DNA of 63,019 bases, the filler included, from Choristocarpus tenellus KU-1152 (lineage: Eukaryota; Protista; Phaeophyceae): assembly GCA_964200185.2 (NCBI GenBank). It is 8 parts of 8 records of this genome, joined end to end, with 100 filler letters (N's around TTAATTAATTAA, not from the genome) between each part and the next. Parts side by side here need not be neighbours in the genome. Positions count along the whole stretch, not along the records: positions 30,759 to 57,868 come from CAXNAD020000153.1; positions 57,969 to 63,019 come from CAXNAD020012038.1; 6 more parts are not named here. One strand, written 5' to 3'. Shown here in pieces: positions 50,221-63,019 of the stretch. Under the pieces are notes generated by a model, which saw nothing but the letters and a program-made list of their open reading frames with translations, had not been told where the DNA came from and made no database searches. The translations under genes and the position numbers were made by a program. Each line of letters opens with the position of its first letter. Within the stretch, counting starts at the first letter, position 1.

Positions 50221-52714
50221 AGATTGCCTTCTCTTGGTCTGAGCTATGAATTGGCCCTTGGTGACTCTCCTTGTGGTGACTCTCCTTGTGGTGCCTCAGC
50301 TTCGAATCACAATGTATCTACTGTACTGCAGTCTGTCCACACCTTGGAAGGCACACATCAAGTATCCGTGATGTGAACGACAATTTGTTAAAGTAATGTG
50401 TGATGATCTTGATCGATTGATTGATGGGTTGATTTGCAAATGTATGTGCAATATGAACTACCAGGAATAAAGGGGAACGTACAGCTTGTGGCAACACCCT
50501 TGTCACTCCTCCATCGTCCTAGCTTTATGGTCGGTTATTTCTTTCTCTTTTTCTTCTGTTTTTTTTTTCAAATGGCAGAACCCTTTCTTTTTATTTGCTG
50601 CAATGTATCACTGTCTGTGTTCACCTTGTGTTTTTATGTGTGCATGTGTAGGATTGGGTCATATGCACTAGAGGATGTGAAGTAGTGATGCCTGTAGCAG
50701 AGTGTTGTAGGTATGGTCCAAAAGCAAGTGACTAAAGTGGATGACACAGTATCGGCAGTTGTATAATGCATGAGTGGTTGAGTGTAATTAGAGATTTTGT
50801 GTTGCGACCCTGATATGCTGAAAAAAATAAAATGCCAGATCCACAGGTTTGATTTTTACAGACACATGAGCAGGTTTTAGTGGGTGCAATCTATGAGTTG
50901 CTGTCTGGTGAGTTGGTCGTGTCAGTAGCTGTAACACTCAAGGTGGCCTGTGTTTATGTGTTTATGTGATTATCATTAGTAGTACTTGGGATGCTTTGTT
51001 TCTTGGTGTTGCTCCCCCATTTGGTTGGTAGCATATTTTCCTTTTCTACTGTTTTGTCCTTGTGACATCATTAGTAATACATAAGGGTAATGGTTGCTTC
51101 TTTCCTGTGACTGAGCAAGCAAATATTGTAGCTCAGATAGTAGTAAGTCTATAGAGCAAAATTAATAAAATAAAATGACAAACATCAAACATATTGTGTG
51201 GTCAAATGCATATTGAAGTTGAAAAGAGTCGATTGCTGCCTGACCAAACAGCACTGAGCATGAGAGAAGTTGCTACATTGCGCGGGTGAAAATGATATGT
51301 TGAATCAACTAGAAAATTTCAGCGTGCTCAACTAAGATGCTGCATGAATTGAGGCGTGCGAAATACCTTGATCTGTGAGTAAGGCACATAACACACTTCC
51401 ACACTAAAAATAAGCAATCTAAAATTACCCTTGAATTTTCGGTCCTAAATGTCATTTGATCGAATTGTAGCATTCAACCACTATGACTCACAACACTTAA
51501 ATTTGTAGGTGTGACTACACATAAAAACAACAATATTGTAGCTGGCTTCTTAAAGCTACTGTAGAGTTTTTCTGGTCGATTAAGAAGAGTTGCTTCATGA
51601 TATCATCATCAGTCGTGATTCATAATAATAGTAGTGTAAGATGTATGGAGTGCTTCCTCAACCTAACATAGTAGTGTCCAGGATTCTACCATTACTAATA
51701 TTTTTGACAGCATATTATATGCACATGCAGTCTACAAGACAATGGTGTTGTACACATTTGACATGGTACTAGAATTTGGTGGGGGTCAAGGGTTTCTTTT
51801 TTTATCAGGCAGGATTGCTCAGTTGGGGGGGAGAACGGAAATGAGGAGGGATTAGACAGGGTGAGATACAACGAAAATGTTCCTTTGAATTTAATGTTGA
51901 ATCCAGAGGGAGGTCTCGTTCGGTATTGGGACCCCTGTGACAGCCTCTTGGTGCACCTATACATTGACATAAATCCATGTATCACTATGCGCTTCTAGCA
52001 ATCAGGGTGATTTCGCACTTATTGTGTGAATGTTTTGTTTTATCTAGAACGACCATCGTGCCAAAAGGGTTGGCTGCATTTTAGACTTTGAAAAATTTCT
52101 CGTAGGCACCACTTACTTGTTGCAAGTCACCCGAATGTCTTCCGATCTCTGATCAAGGCATACCTCGTGCATGATAATAATGAGTATTATGCTACTACTA
52201 CATACTCTATTTATTACATAGTACAACAATGGACAACCTCCCAATTGGCAAGCACCAATAATTTATTGATCGTATCCACTGTCCGTAAGTCAACAACATT
52301 CTACACGTAAGATAATTAAGCAACAGTTCAAGTTGATCTTTGAACTTTTGTCACTCATTGAATTCCGGAGTGGCTTTTTTGTAGGCACTGAAGCTTTTGA
52401 CCATACAGTTCAGTGAGAGTAGAAGCATGGTATTTTCCAATCCATACTTTCATTTGTTGCTGTTGAGGAGTTTTTAGAAATGAGGCCCAATCTGGTACCA
52501 TGCCATGCTGGTGTGTATGCTCAGTATCATTTCAAGGCATGTATCTACCTCACTCAGTGACGATGATGATGCCTGTTTGTTTGTTGTGACCCCTTATGTT
52601 ACGAACGTGTGTTGATTTATATACCACTGAGCCCAAGTAAATGAGGTACCCAGGTTTTGGCCGTTTGGCATTGTAAGCCAATTTTTTCGATGTTTTTCAG
52701 TTCACCCATATTAT

Positions 52715-52845
52715 TTCTATGATGGATGAAGTGCTGACTTTGACGCAAGACTGTTGATTTCTCGATTGTTTAGAATTTTTCGACAGGATTCAGAAACATT
52801 TCACTACACGTTTGTAAAACAAGCCAAATTTGATCATAATTGTCG
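52715..52845 (+). repeat. Dispersed repeat family 4 copy
   Basis: Aligns with 16310-16400 and the reverse complement of 30890-31020. Confidence 0.6.
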
Positions 52846-54517
52846 GCATCCTCAAAATGCAAATCTGTGTGCCTCTATACTTTGGCTCACTACTCCTATC
52901 CAACTTTACTACCAGTACTACAACTGTGACCACTACCACAATAAATACACTGCCGTCTGCATACATATTGTGATTATCACTTGCACGTTCTCTTTTTCCA
53001 CTCCCTCTCTTCTTAGAGCATTGTTTCGGTTGTCAATATTATTACTCCTTACTAGAGTTACAACAGAAATTGAATCCAGAATCATACACGTTCACAAGGC
53101 ACAGCATGTAAAACAAGGAGTCACCACCCACCACAATCTCATTCCTCACGACAAGCAACTGTCACCGCATAGCGACTGCCTGATGCATGGACTCAGCAAA
53201 CTTGGCTGTACAAAGAAGAAAAGTATTGAATCTGTTAGTAATTTTAGTGCGTTCCTGAAAATAGTAAATCATCCACACACACCCGACAGGAAAGTAAACA
53301 GGGTAGGAAAATAATAAGACTTGGCTTCATAAGAAGCACTCAATGTCTTGTTCCTGCAGATTCACTTGAGTTATCCAGAAAAAAATGATAAAAAAGCCCT
53401 TTGTACCACACGTACATTCAAATAACATATTGTGTCATTGCATAAAACTCACTGCCACTTTATCCTGGATATTAAAACCACAAAGAACATACACATATTT
53501 ATAGAAATAGATGTATATGCAACTAACAAGAAGACACCCTGGAGCTCTATCAACTCTTGACGAACATCAAGAGAAATAGCATTTGAACGCTTGTCATTTC
53601 ACAGCACATTCCCAAAAACTACTGAAGACATTTCAAACAGACTACAGGCATCACATCCCCTACCACAGGAACACAAAAATCAAAAAGACAACTCAGTCTC
53701 TTCCATTCCCTGCATTTCACGTATCTCTGATCCAATGTCATTACCATGCCACATCGGCTTCAACCAATGAACAAAAGACAATAGTAGGTACCATCCATTA
53801 CCACTCTCACAAAAAAGCAATTTAAGCACAATCTCCTACTCATGATGTATATATATATAGCACACACACTTCACAAGGATGTGCGAATAGACGTATTGGA
53901 GCAATAATCTACAGAAGGAAATTGAAGTATCTAACGGCTCAAAAGAGTTATACATAAATAAAAACAAAAGCCAGCACGCTACATCATTCGTTCCCTCCCC
54001 CTACCAAACAAACATGCACACATTGTTTCAGCTAACAATCTTACTCCTATCTTACCTCTCACAACTAATATTTTACCCAAGTGAAATTTCCGACATCCCC
54101 AGGACAGGAGAACACTCTTCATTTTCAATGCCTCCAACCTCACTCCTATCCATTCCTTACTCTTTCCTCCTCCACATTCTCTTATCCAACTCTACCCCAT
54201 TCATCCAGAACCACAACTCGATAAAAACCAACTGCACCAGTCACACAAAGCTAACAACAATGCCTTCAACTCCACAACCACCTTTACACCCTCTGTTCCA
54301 CCCACATCTCCAGCAACCCACTTTCCTGGTGAACAAAGGAAGCTGCTTCCACCACCCCCAGGTCACTGTGACAAATTACAGCAGGCAAAATTACCTGCAC
54401 ATTGCCACTCACAATATCACAGATCTCTTCCTCCTCTACCTTATGCCCTCCATTGTTTCATATGTAAAACTACCACCCTTAACAACCCTTCTCTCTCTTC
54501 GCAATTCAGGATGTCAC

Positions 54518-57227
54518 TCACATACTATTCCCATCCTCGTGGCCAGAAACCGCAGTCACATAATCCTCTTTATCCCCAACAATAACTGAACCCTCTACCT
54601 CCTGCACATCTTCCACTTCACCATCTGCTGACAATATTTCAGCAGAGGCACCAGGGTCTGGGAGTGTGACTGCCTCTTCTTCCCCATTGGAGGTCAACAC
54701 TCCACTGGGTCTCGGCACCTCTTGAGCAGTCATGGACTCATCCATCACAACCTCCTTTTCTACACCTCTAACATCAAGCTCTACCAAAGTTTCAGAGTCA
54801 ACCTTGGTTGACTTACCTTGCAACTTTACTTCCATAACCTTGACAGGCAGCACCTCCTCCATACTAGGCTCTTCCATTGTAACCATGGCTGCAACATCCT
54901 CCATGGCTCCACCCATGGCAGGACTCTCCACCTTCAACTTCTCCAGCTCATCTTCTGCCAGCCCTTCTCCCTCAGCCTCGATTCCCTGCAGCAAAGCTCC
55001 CCCCATTTCCTCATCGGGGAATGTCACCTTATCCACAATTGGATCCTCCTGGACAGCAACGCCTGCATCCACCATAAACTCTCCCTCCACATCATTTTCT
55101 GACGCAACTATCAAGTCAGACCCAACCCCTTCAGCTTGCACCTCTACTTCAATCAACTCAACAGGCAACGCTTCCTGAGTGCTAGGCTGTTCTGGCGTAA
55201 CCACAGCAACATTATCCTTCATGTCTTCATCAACAGGGGCACACTCCACCACCAGCTCCTTCTCAACTTCATCCCCCGTCAACACATCAACAGTCTCAAT
55301 CCCTCCAGATGGGACTACCTCATTCACATTGGGGGACATCACATCATTGGTACCTAGCTCCTCCTCCACATCCCTCTCCACAACATCCCCTACAACAGCT
55401 TCAGATTCAACCATTGACTCCTTGGTTTGTACTTCTCCTTCCATGACCTCAACACCCAGCACTCCCTCTGTGCTGACCTCTTCTGGAATAACCAAGCTCA
55501 CAATGCCCTCCATGTCTCCACCAACAGCAGGACATTCTCCAACCAGCCCCTTCGCCTCATTCCCTGCCAACACCTCACCCACAGTCATGACCCCCTGAGT
55601 CAGCACCCCCCCTTCCTTTTCACTGGAGGACATCGACATATTGCTTGTCAGCTCCTCCTGGACAATGATGCCTGCTTCCACCACAATCTCCTCCTCCACA
55701 CCCCCCTTCGCATTCCCATCCACATCATCCACAACCACAGCTTCAGAGTTAACTCTAGCTTCATCAGCTTGAGTCCCTACTTCAGTTACCTCAGCAGACA
55801 ATGCTTCCTGTGTGCTATTCTCTTCTGGCATAACCACAGGCACCCTATCTTTTGTATCTCCATCTAGAGGAGGACAATCCACCACCTCCACTTCATCCTT
55901 TGCCAACAAATCACAGGAAAGGGCTCCCTCTTCTCTATTGTGCAATATTGCCTCAATGGTACCTACGTCCTCCACAATAACACCTGCATCCACTAAGACC
56001 TCCTGTTCCACATCTCCCTTTGTAACATGCCCCACTACAGCTTCAGATTCAACCCTTGACTCCTCAGCTTGCACCTCTGCTTCAATGACATCAGCAGGCA
56101 ACACTCCCTCTGCGCTGACCTCTTCTGGCACAACCATATCTTCTGTGTCTCCATCCATATTAGGACACTCCATTACCATATCCTTGACCTCATCCACTGT
56201 GACTGCATGAGATAGGACTCCCCCATCCTCATTGGGGGACATAACCTGTCCAGAGCTCTGCTCCTCCTGGACAATGACACCATCCACCAGAACCTTTTCC
56301 TCCACACCTGTCTTCGCATCATTTCCTTCCATACCTTCCATAACTACAAAGTCAGACCCAGTCTTTTCAGACTGTGCTTCTACTTCCATGTCCTCAACAG
56401 GCAAAACTCCCTCCGGGCAGGCTTCTTCCAGCATAGTTGTAGTCACATTACTCTGCATGTATCCATCAACAACATGACATTCCACCACCCCCTTTTCCAC
56501 ATCCCCTCCTGGCATATCTCCCACAGCCTCAATCCCATGTGAGAGGACTCTCCCCTCCTCAAAATTGAGGGACTTAGCGTTACCAGTACCTACTTCCTCC
56601 TGGAGGAGGACGCCTGCATCCACTGCAACCGCCTCCTGCTCCACAACATCTTCCTCCACATCCTTTCCTACCACAGGTTCAAGGTCAGCTGATTGGACCT
56701 CTTCCTGGACAAGGATACCTTCACCTCCCACAACCTCCTCAACCCCATCCCTTGCCAATGCTGCTCCCAAACCAGCCACAATACCCCTTGTCTCCACTCC
56801 TACTTCCAGTCCTGTGCTAGAGTGCTCTACTCCCACACTATCTGCAGAACTCTCCACCAACCCATCAAGAGGTGTGTCGACTCCTCCTTCAGGTAACCTG
56901 ATCTCTTCCCCAACACTTCTTGGAGGGATCTTGTTACTCCCACTGCTAAGACCGCTGTTGTCAGTGTCAGACAATCCACCTGAGGGGTCTGACGTGACAA
57001 ACAAGTTATCTTTCTTTGATGAATTTTCTGTCTGAGAAAAATCTTCCTCCTCTTGGATATACACATCTCCTTCATCCTCATCTCTTTCACCCACCCCTTC
57101 CACTTCCTCCTCTTCATCTCCATATGGGTCATGGTTATGATCATTTCTCTCTTCCTCCAATCTTGCTACTTCTGCCTCCAGCGAACTCCAATATCGCCTA
57201 GAAAACACTTCAATGTAATATGTGGAG
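54518..57227 (-). CDS. Terminal exon of a probable glycerophosphocholine acyltransferase (GPCAT/GPC1, DUF2838) with a very long acidic repeat tail; 5' exons lie beyond the contig end
   Basis: Uninterrupted 2.7-kb frame after acceptor CAACTACAG (AG at 57229-57228). It starts STYYIEVFSRRYWSSLEAEVARL, resembling the GPCAT C-terminal motif NGATYYIDVFGKRF; the remainder is E/V/G/D-rich with about six 100-113-aa repeats. Coding status is strong; family assignment is moderate. Confidence 0.75.
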
Positions 57228-57868
57228 CTGTAGTTGCCAAAAGAGTGCAAGGTGGGAGGTGGGTGGGTTGGTTGGTTGAATGAAAATCATAAGAAAAAAA
57301 AATAGAATTAGAGAAGAACTAGAGAGGAAGAGGGGGAACATTTTGGCAAAAAAAGAAAACAGGAGCAGTTGTAGTGTTAGGGCTTAATGTTAGAGCAAGA
57401 ATTATGCCATAGCGATATACAAGAAGTCTGAAATTTGAACTTGGCAATAAGGAGTTATTGAGTGCCATGGAAGAGGGGTTGGTAGGGGAGATACAGTGTA
57501 GGGGGGGGGGGAGGGGAAGATATTAAAAAAAATGGCATGCAACATTATTGTGTCACAAACATGACATTATCATAGTGTGACAAACGTGACCAGCTTTCTT
57601 GGACATATCATGAAAGTGACCGGGAGACAGGGTGGCAGAATACCACTACTTTTTTTATTACCTGTATCTAGTTGGTTACTACTCCAGGTCAAGCTCATAG
57701 GGTGCCACATAGGCAAGACCCAAGACAAGCTCAGCAGTGCATCAAATGTAGTGTATACAACGCAACCAGACCACACACCAAAAAACAAGCACAACACATG
57801 CAGCAAGAAACAGACATCCAAATGTGAAGATAAGATCAGAAACACACACCCCCCCAACGCCCCCCAAA

Positions 57869-57968
57869 NNNNNNNNNNNNNNNNNNNNNNNNNNNNNNNN
57901 NNNNNNNNNNNNTTAATTAATTAANNNNNNNNNNNNNNNNNNNNNNNNNNNNNNNNNNNNNNNNNNNN
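57869..57968. other. Artificial contig-joining spacer
   Basis: N44-TTAATTAATTAA-N44. Confidence 0.99.
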
Positions 57969-59114
57969 CCCCCTCAGATACTTTAAGCCATTATCTACGT
58001 ATAGATTTGCCAAGGAGGACATCAGGTATATTTTAAGACGTAGTATGTACATGATGTATGGTCTAAGTAGACATCCCAAACAGTATATCAGACATTATCT
58101 ACTTCAAGCAACTGAAAATATTTGTGTGTGTGGGTAAACTAGGAATAGATGGCTCAATCCTGAAAAGATCACAGATAGTATTATCATATTGATACTGATA
58201 GACTATTAATGGATATTAAGTATTGAATCTCCTACTATGTCTTGCTTCATTGTCCGACCCGTCTGTGCTCTCTTATACACACACCACCACAATGATACTT
58301 CATGCATTTCACCCCCCAAAATATGTATTTTCCGTGATCTATGTACTTCTCTCTCTATACAGTTTAGTCAGTCCCAGTTAAAACATAGGGTACTCATTTG
58401 TTTGTTAATTGATAGGATACAGTTCCACCAGTCAACACTGACCGTTGATTGGTCTGCTACGCTCTGGATATTACTGTCACTAGTTCATCATCACCGCATC
58501 AATTACCATCAGGACACTGTAGTACAGAACAGTCACTATGCGCCCCACACGCAGGAATAGTATACGTCACTTGAGTTGCATCACATATTCGTTCAAGTTT
58601 GTTCTCTTGTTTGTTTTTCTTTCACTCTTTCTTCTTCTTATCGGCAGAAGATGACAGTTGTACGTTGATTATTGATTATTATTTCTTTTGTGACTGCCAT
58701 TCATATCTCATAATGCACCAAACTCACTCTGCAAAAAGTGTGCCAAACGCACACATGGATGTAATATAATTAGAGCTAAAACCATCTGCAGAAACCCTTG
58801 CCAGCCAAGGTGACAAGGCTCTCCACAGAGCATGGACTTCTTTCGTTGAGTATCTCATGAATGAACACTGGATTCAAATCACATCATTCTGGATTGAGCA
58901 ACCAAGAACACTGAATTCACATCGCATCATTCTTGACTGAGAGATCTATGACCTCAGATACAACAGAATATATACATCAGTGCTTTGCAGCACAATTACA
59001 TCTATCCATAACACAGACCACGCATTTTACTCATTGGTGCTTGCAACACCATGGTTCCTCATTGCTCTAGTCTACACATTTTTACATGTATGATGCATTC
59101 GATTCAGGTTTCAA

Positions 59115-60780
59115 TGGGTTATGAGCCTCAACACTTGATCGACACATACTACACTCAATATGCCCAACCTTGTCTTGTACTCCACCCCTCCACCCCACCA
59201 CCCCACCAGATAACACCAAACTCTCGCCGTGAAATGCACACTGAAATTCCCTATCTTCACTGGCGATGACTCCTCCTGGGACGCCTTGAAACTTGACTTT
59301 GTCGGCATCCTGAGCTGTGTTGCACCTTGGGCCCATAAAGTTCTGGTCCAGCGCCCACTACGCACCCCCACTACCACCTTGCCCACCACCACCTATGAAA
59401 AAGACAACGACCAGCTATTTGATATACTCCTTGCTAACTGCAGTGCACCTGCCAAAGACTTCATGGACTGCATCCGCGAGATGAGACTCACCTCAATAAT
59501 GGCCTGTGAGCATGGCAAGCCCTAAAGTTGATGTACAAAGTGTCCATGGAACAATGGATGTGTGCTGTTCACCGTTGCTTTGAGCACTGCACCATGGACG
59601 CCGGCGAGGACCCTAATCAGTGGCTTCTGCGCCTATATAAGGCCAAAGCTGAGCTGGAGGGTTTTGGAGAAACAATCAGTAATTTTCGCCTGCAGGCTGC
59701 AATCATCTCTGGCCTCTCACCGGATAACGATGCACTTTGCAGCCAAGTTTACTTTCAGTCGGACTACTCTATGGAGGACCTCACCACAGCAATTCAAGCA
59801 ACATTCAACAACGACCTCAACCTTGCTGATTCCTCTAAACACAGTGCCCCCAACCTTGCCCTAACAGGCAAAGCCCGTCCCTGCTGACTTTGCAATCAAT
59901 CTGGCCACCACTACCGCCGATGCCTCAACCATCCCTCCACACCAGCCACACCACCACATCACACTCAATACCAACCCACAGGTATGTGTTCCTTCCACAT
60001 GTCACCCACACACACTGACCAAGAATGCCGCGCACAACATCACCATCTTCACCGGCCGTCCACCTCTCACCCGCCCAATGCCCCAGCAACCACCCTCAAT
60101 CAGACCGCCACAACTTCGATCACCACATCAGCCCCACCAGATGGCTGGGATCCAGATGTAAATGGCCACTACTTCTTCTGTTTTTCCACTACCACACACC
60201 ACACACACACAGTACAAGATCCATACACACCTGAACTCACCTCAAATCTATAGTTGACTCTGGCTGCACAGCCCACATTGCCGATCCCACCCTACCATCC
60301 CCTACCCACCACTTCCTATCCGACTTTTCCCCCCTTGCCCACCCCATCACTGTCTCAGGCATCAGGAACCTACATCGCACAGCATATTGGCAAGCTACCT
60401 TCACTGGACTGTTGCAGTACCCCCCATCACCCCCATCCCGCTCTACGTTCACTGTCCTGCTGGTACCTGGTCTCAGTTGTCATTTGTACTCTACATGTGC
60501 TGCGGCAGCTACTGGTTGGACTACAGTGATCTCCCATCAACCACACGTCATCAACAGCAAGACACGCATACCTCTGCAAACTCTGGGCTCCTTGTACTTC
60601 CTGAACTTTTCCCCATGTCACACCACCACCTTACCACCCGACCCCTCTAACCCCTCTGCCCTCCGGGTATCACCTACCCTCACCCCTGCCCCACTCACCT
60701 CTCCCATAGACAATGGACACCCATCAATCACACCTGTTCCATCCCTTCCACCTTGCTCCTCTGCAACATCGCCTTAAACC
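59115..60780 (+). mobile_element. Ty1/copia retrotransposon remnant (PBS, gag, protease), 3'-truncated
   Basis: PBS-like TGGGTTATGAGCC at 59115; gag FPIFTGDDSSW and GEDPNQWLLRL...IISGLSPDN; knuckle C*LCNQSGHHYRRC (59882-59923); protease IVDSGCTAHI (DSG at 60256) and VLLVPGLSCHLYS. No integrase or RT. Confidence 0.88.
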
Positions 60781-61022
60781 CCATCACTCTGCTGACCTTA
60801 CCTCCCCCACACTCGCACCTCTCCCTCCATGCCCCTCCATACCACTCAACAAAAAAAATCACACCAACCCCCTCTTCCTGCCTTGAGGTAGATTTACACA
60901 ATAATCAATTGTGCTTGATTGCAACACAATCATATGAAGTTCCTTGTCAGTACCAAGTCCAAATGGATAGCTGCAATTGAAATTGTATTGCTAAGATAAC
61001 ACTGTTGTGTGTAGTATATAAA

Positions 61023-61282
61023 GAGCGAAAGAATCTTAGAGGGTACGAGTTTTGCCCTGTTTATCCATTTGGGGCTTGGCTTCCCATATATTTTTTTGTG
61101 ATATTTTGCTACTCCAAAATGTTCCGGGGTAGGTTAAATGTATACGTTATGAAAGGTGCGTCCAGAACATGGGTATTGACACTTCCTAACACACACGATA
61201 GCCAAAATAACATCAAAATCGCAACATTGGATTTTGGTCCCCAAATGGACGTGGCTCTACCCTCTAAAATATACTTTGGCTC
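61023..61282 (+). mobile_element. Family 1 MITE, full length
   Basis: GAGCGAAAGAATCTTAGAGGGTA...TACCCTCTAAAATATACTTTGGCTC; flanks TAAA and AAAT (no clean TSD). Confidence 0.9.
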
Positions 61283-61879
61283 AAATATCGGACATTTGAA
61301 GTACTTGGTATGTAAATAAGGTTAAAACATTTGGTTGGTCATCAAAAGATCAAGCACGTGTTTGTAGGTGCTCTTCCCACTATATGCGTCTTAGATCACC
61401 TAGCTGTACTCCAAAGTACAGTATATGGTAGTGAGACAGTCACCGGTGGCACTTACTAAGATGGCGCATATAATAAAGTGGTACCAATAGCTTACCCCTC
61501 CGGAGCAATCTTATTTTTTTTAATGTATTGTCACAAGAAGTATACAACAATATATATATCAAATGAATGCTTATGACAAGATCTTTTGAACGTTTGTATG
61601 CACGAATGTACCAACTTCGATGAACAGGAACGATGCCCTGATCAAATAATTGAAAAAACGGGGAGGGACATCTCTGGCGCAATTTTTATGGTCACAACCT
61701 CAAACGGTACAAAAATGAAGTGGTTGGCTGAACTCCCCGCAAAAAATTCATCCAGGTTAGGCTGCTGCCCAAATACGACCATCGTGGTAATATCGAAAAA
61801 AAGCAAGATTTGTGGACATCATTTTAGCGCTATTTGCAGACTTTTCGAGAGCACGCACACGCATGACCCACACAGCAAC

Positions 61880-62370
61880 AAGAACCATGACGGTGAGGCA
61901 AGGAGAGCCACCGAGGCCACTCTTCCCCCTGGATCTACCCTTGGCACCTTCTCTGTCAAGAGGCGACAGAAAAACAAGTACTGTGTGACATTTGGTGTGA
62001 TGTTAGGTGACGAGAAAGTGTGTGCACTGTGGTGCAGCAGCATGGTCAAATCACGCAATGGACCACGCGGCCGTTACACTAACACTGAGAGAAGATGCGT
62101 TGAACGCTTTACCACACAAACATCGTTGGATCTTCAGCCATGTCGAGCACTGCTCTGCAGTCTCTGCCGCCTCGGGAAAGCAGGAAGAGAGCGGTGAGCC
62201 CATCACCAGCTGGTACAGTGATGAAGTCTATGAGGAAGCCTGGTCACGGTGGGTGAAGGGAGAACCGGGGTGGCCGGCCGAAGGAAAGCTTGGGGAGGAA
62301 AGCAGTGCAACTACATGCCATTGCGCTCAGGAAACACCTAAGCGAAAACCCAGGTGTAGAATATCTTAGT
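61880..62370 (+). mobile_element. Possible Mutator-like transposase C-terminal remnant
   Basis: Frameshifted fragments KYCVTF...KCVHC...DHAAV (SWIM-like), SWYSDEVYEEAW and GGRPK occur in the order typical of MULE transposase C-termini; no DDE core seen. Confidence 0.35.
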
Positions 62371-63019
62371 AGTTGACAGTTGCAGCAGACTCTAGCTGTT
62401 TGGAATCTATGTGCCGGAGTGGCTTAAGGAAACGAGAAAGAAGGTGTTAGGATTGGGGAACAAGGGCTCTGAAGCCTGAAAGAAAATCGAAAGGGCTCAC
62501 AAGGCGTAGGAGAAAGCAATTGTAACAAAGGCAGTAGTGGAGACTTTTTGATATCACCAAATTCTTTACTTAGAAGAGGTTGCAAAGCAGGTGGAGGTAG
62601 CCATCGATGAGGACGCCAGGGAAGAAGAGGAAGTGAGATTGAGACTATGTGCACACTGATGGTTTGGTGTCTCCCACTTCTTGCAAGATGCTGCACATTC
62701 ACCTTTTTTCCTGGACTTGGGGTTGGAAGTATAGAGTTGATTAAAACTTTCTCTCCACCTGCATTCATTTGAGAAATCAACACAATTTTCGATCAACTCA
62801 AGCCTGTCTTCCCTTGCCCTTGCGCCTTGATGATATAAATTATCTGTTAAAACATTAGGCTACTCATCTGTTTCTTGTTGATATGATACACAAACTACCA
62901 GCTTGTACTGACTGTTGATTGGTGCACTGCACTGGTCGTTAGTTTTCATTTATTTATTGCGCATCCCAACTCATCATCACATTGATGACAGTAGATAGGG
63001 GTCGAAGTACCTTAGGGGG

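Noticed and set aside
52754-54589. ORFs of 186 aa (52754-53314) and 191 aa (54014-54589)
   Set aside because: Compositionally biased, overlapping repeat DNA or the antisense 3' region of the acidic-tail gene; no domain or splice support.
54732-57035. Ser/Thr/Pro-rich plus-strand ORFs resembling mucins
   Set aside because: Antisense shadows of the Glu/Val/Gly-rich minus-strand exon.
5674-57968. Seven identical TTAATTAATTAA motifs as a biological repeat, and gene neighbourhoods across them
   Set aside because: Each is flanked by exactly 44 Ns; these are concatenation linkers, so adjacency across them is meaningless.

Overview
This window is eukaryotic, not prokaryotic. It is eight unrelated contigs joined by artificial 100-bp spacers (N44-TTAATTAATTAA-N44): 1-5673, 5774-8986, 9087-15905, 16006-23042, 23143-27493, 27594-30658, 30759-57868 and 57969-63019. 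GT-AG introns, (CA)n and (CCCTAA)n-rich introns, a QIRGEPKSGT-type sulfotransferase and the LTR-element types suggest a stramenopile, probably a brown alga (inference). Genes reconstructed by hand: a complete 14-exon ADA2 (38843-50220, +); a head-to-head multi-exon gene with a galactose-binding-like domain (38537 to about 36445, -); a 2-exon 4-TM protein with an Orai/PGG-like layout (6380-7472); the last exon of a probable GPCAT/DUF2838 acyltransferase carrying a roughly 870-aa acidic repeat tail (57227-54518, -); and a sulfotransferase pseudogene interrupted by a MITE. The rest is mostly transposon debris: two Ty3/gypsy remnants, one Ty1/copia, probable LINE and MULE remnants, a roughly 258-bp MITE family with GAG...CTC ends and 4-bp TSDs (Sola2-like), and three other dispersed repeat families. 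Gene bodies are strongly CpG-depleted while gene starts are CpG-rich. No CRISPR array, rRNA or convincing tRNA was seen. All family assignments come from motif recognition, not database searches.
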